In this document: piece by piece, positions 63,278 through 64,000 of the stretch
How positions within the stretch are numbered: position 1 is the first letter of the stretch
Layout of the letters: every line of letters begins with the position of its first letter
Position numbers and translations under genes: made by a program
Assembly (NCBI GenBank): GCA_964188305.1
Contig: OZ076899.1
Length of the DNA: 64,000 bases
Strand: one strand, 5' to 3'
From: Podarcis bocagei
Taxonomy: Eukaryota
The notes under the pieces: model-generated
What the model saw: the letters and a program-made list of their open reading frames with translations, nothing else
Told to the model about the DNA's origin: nothing
The model's database searches: none

Positions 63278-64000
63278 AGAAAAAACAGACGTGTGATCCC
63301 AGCTAATAGAGGAATGTCTCGTATTTAACAGGGAAACAGCAGGGTTCTGATAGGTGGAGGAAAGGGCTCCTGTGGAAAGTTTAATGATTCCAACATTAAA
63401 GATCCCATGATCATAATATGGAAATCTCAGAGGGGTGGGGGTGGGGAATTGGATTGACTTCTTTTTTTATTTGCTTTTCATCCCTATTCATTAATGGCCA
63501 CCCCATAACCAAGGTCCTCAAGCAATGAAAGTGAGTGGTAAATTCATGTTTGTCAAACAGAGGCTGCATACACACTGCATTTTACTCTAGAATCAATGGA
63601 GACTGAGTACTTGTTTGTTTGTTTTTTCCTGTGTAGCCCATGCACAGTCTAGAGAAATCAGATATTTTTTGCCTCTGAAAAATGCTTCTTCAGAAACAGG
63701 TTTCATTCTGAAAATAAGAAGCTCAGTGCAGGTTCATTCTGCATTATCATGCAGTGTGTCCATTTGAAAGCAGATGTGGGTGGTCCTGGCAATGGGGTGG
63801 GATGGAGTCCATACCTGTCCAATGATGTTGTTGGTGGATTCTTATCACTTACCACTTAACAACTTACTTGTTCATTCAGCTGGGGCTTGTGCAGGGTGGA
63901 AAAGGTGTGGGTGACCTAAACAAGGGGAGGGTTTTGAAACATGTGTCGAGTAACCATGCCTACCCTTTTGGATCTCAGGATCTAGAATCAATCTAGATTG

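Larger units (their letters stand above)
35195..64000 (+). other. NTRK3: Inferred NTRK3 intron downstream of the juxtamembrane exon (partial)
   Basis: Neither the first kinase exon (YVQHIKRRDIVLK...) nor the truncated-isoform terminal exon (FREIMLNPISLPG...) was seen in the window. Confidence 0.75.

Overview
Vertebrate (squamate) genomic DNA. The repeat complement (Sauria SINEs, Squam3-type CORE-SINEs) points to a lacertid-like lizard; this is inferred, not proven. The only host coding sequence I can support is one 189-bp internal exon of NTRK3 (TrkC) on the + strand at 35006-35194, encoding the juxtamembrane segment with the NPQY Shc/FRS2 docking site. The rest is inferred to be the two large flanking introns, packed with SINEs, CR1/L2 fragments, Tc1/mariner- and hAT-type MITEs, solo LTRs and microsatellites. 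The most notable observations are five. (1) A solo-LTR family (4 copies) keeps a ~90-codon acidic-then-basic reading frame with frame-preserving indels and synonymous divergence, suggesting an LTR-encoded protein. (2) A young 1.84-kb poly(A) retroelement has a perfect 18-bp TSD, a CpG-rich 5' end and a single 201-aa ORF with no RT (HAL1-like). (3) A MITE at 7.3 kb has captured 158 bp of flank from a sister MITE 50 kb away. (4) A perfect 36-bp-arm hairpin sits at the edge of an L2 fragment. (5) A Penelope-type minimal hammerhead ribozyme carries a core mutation. Coordinates were counted by hand; family names come from recall, not database searches.
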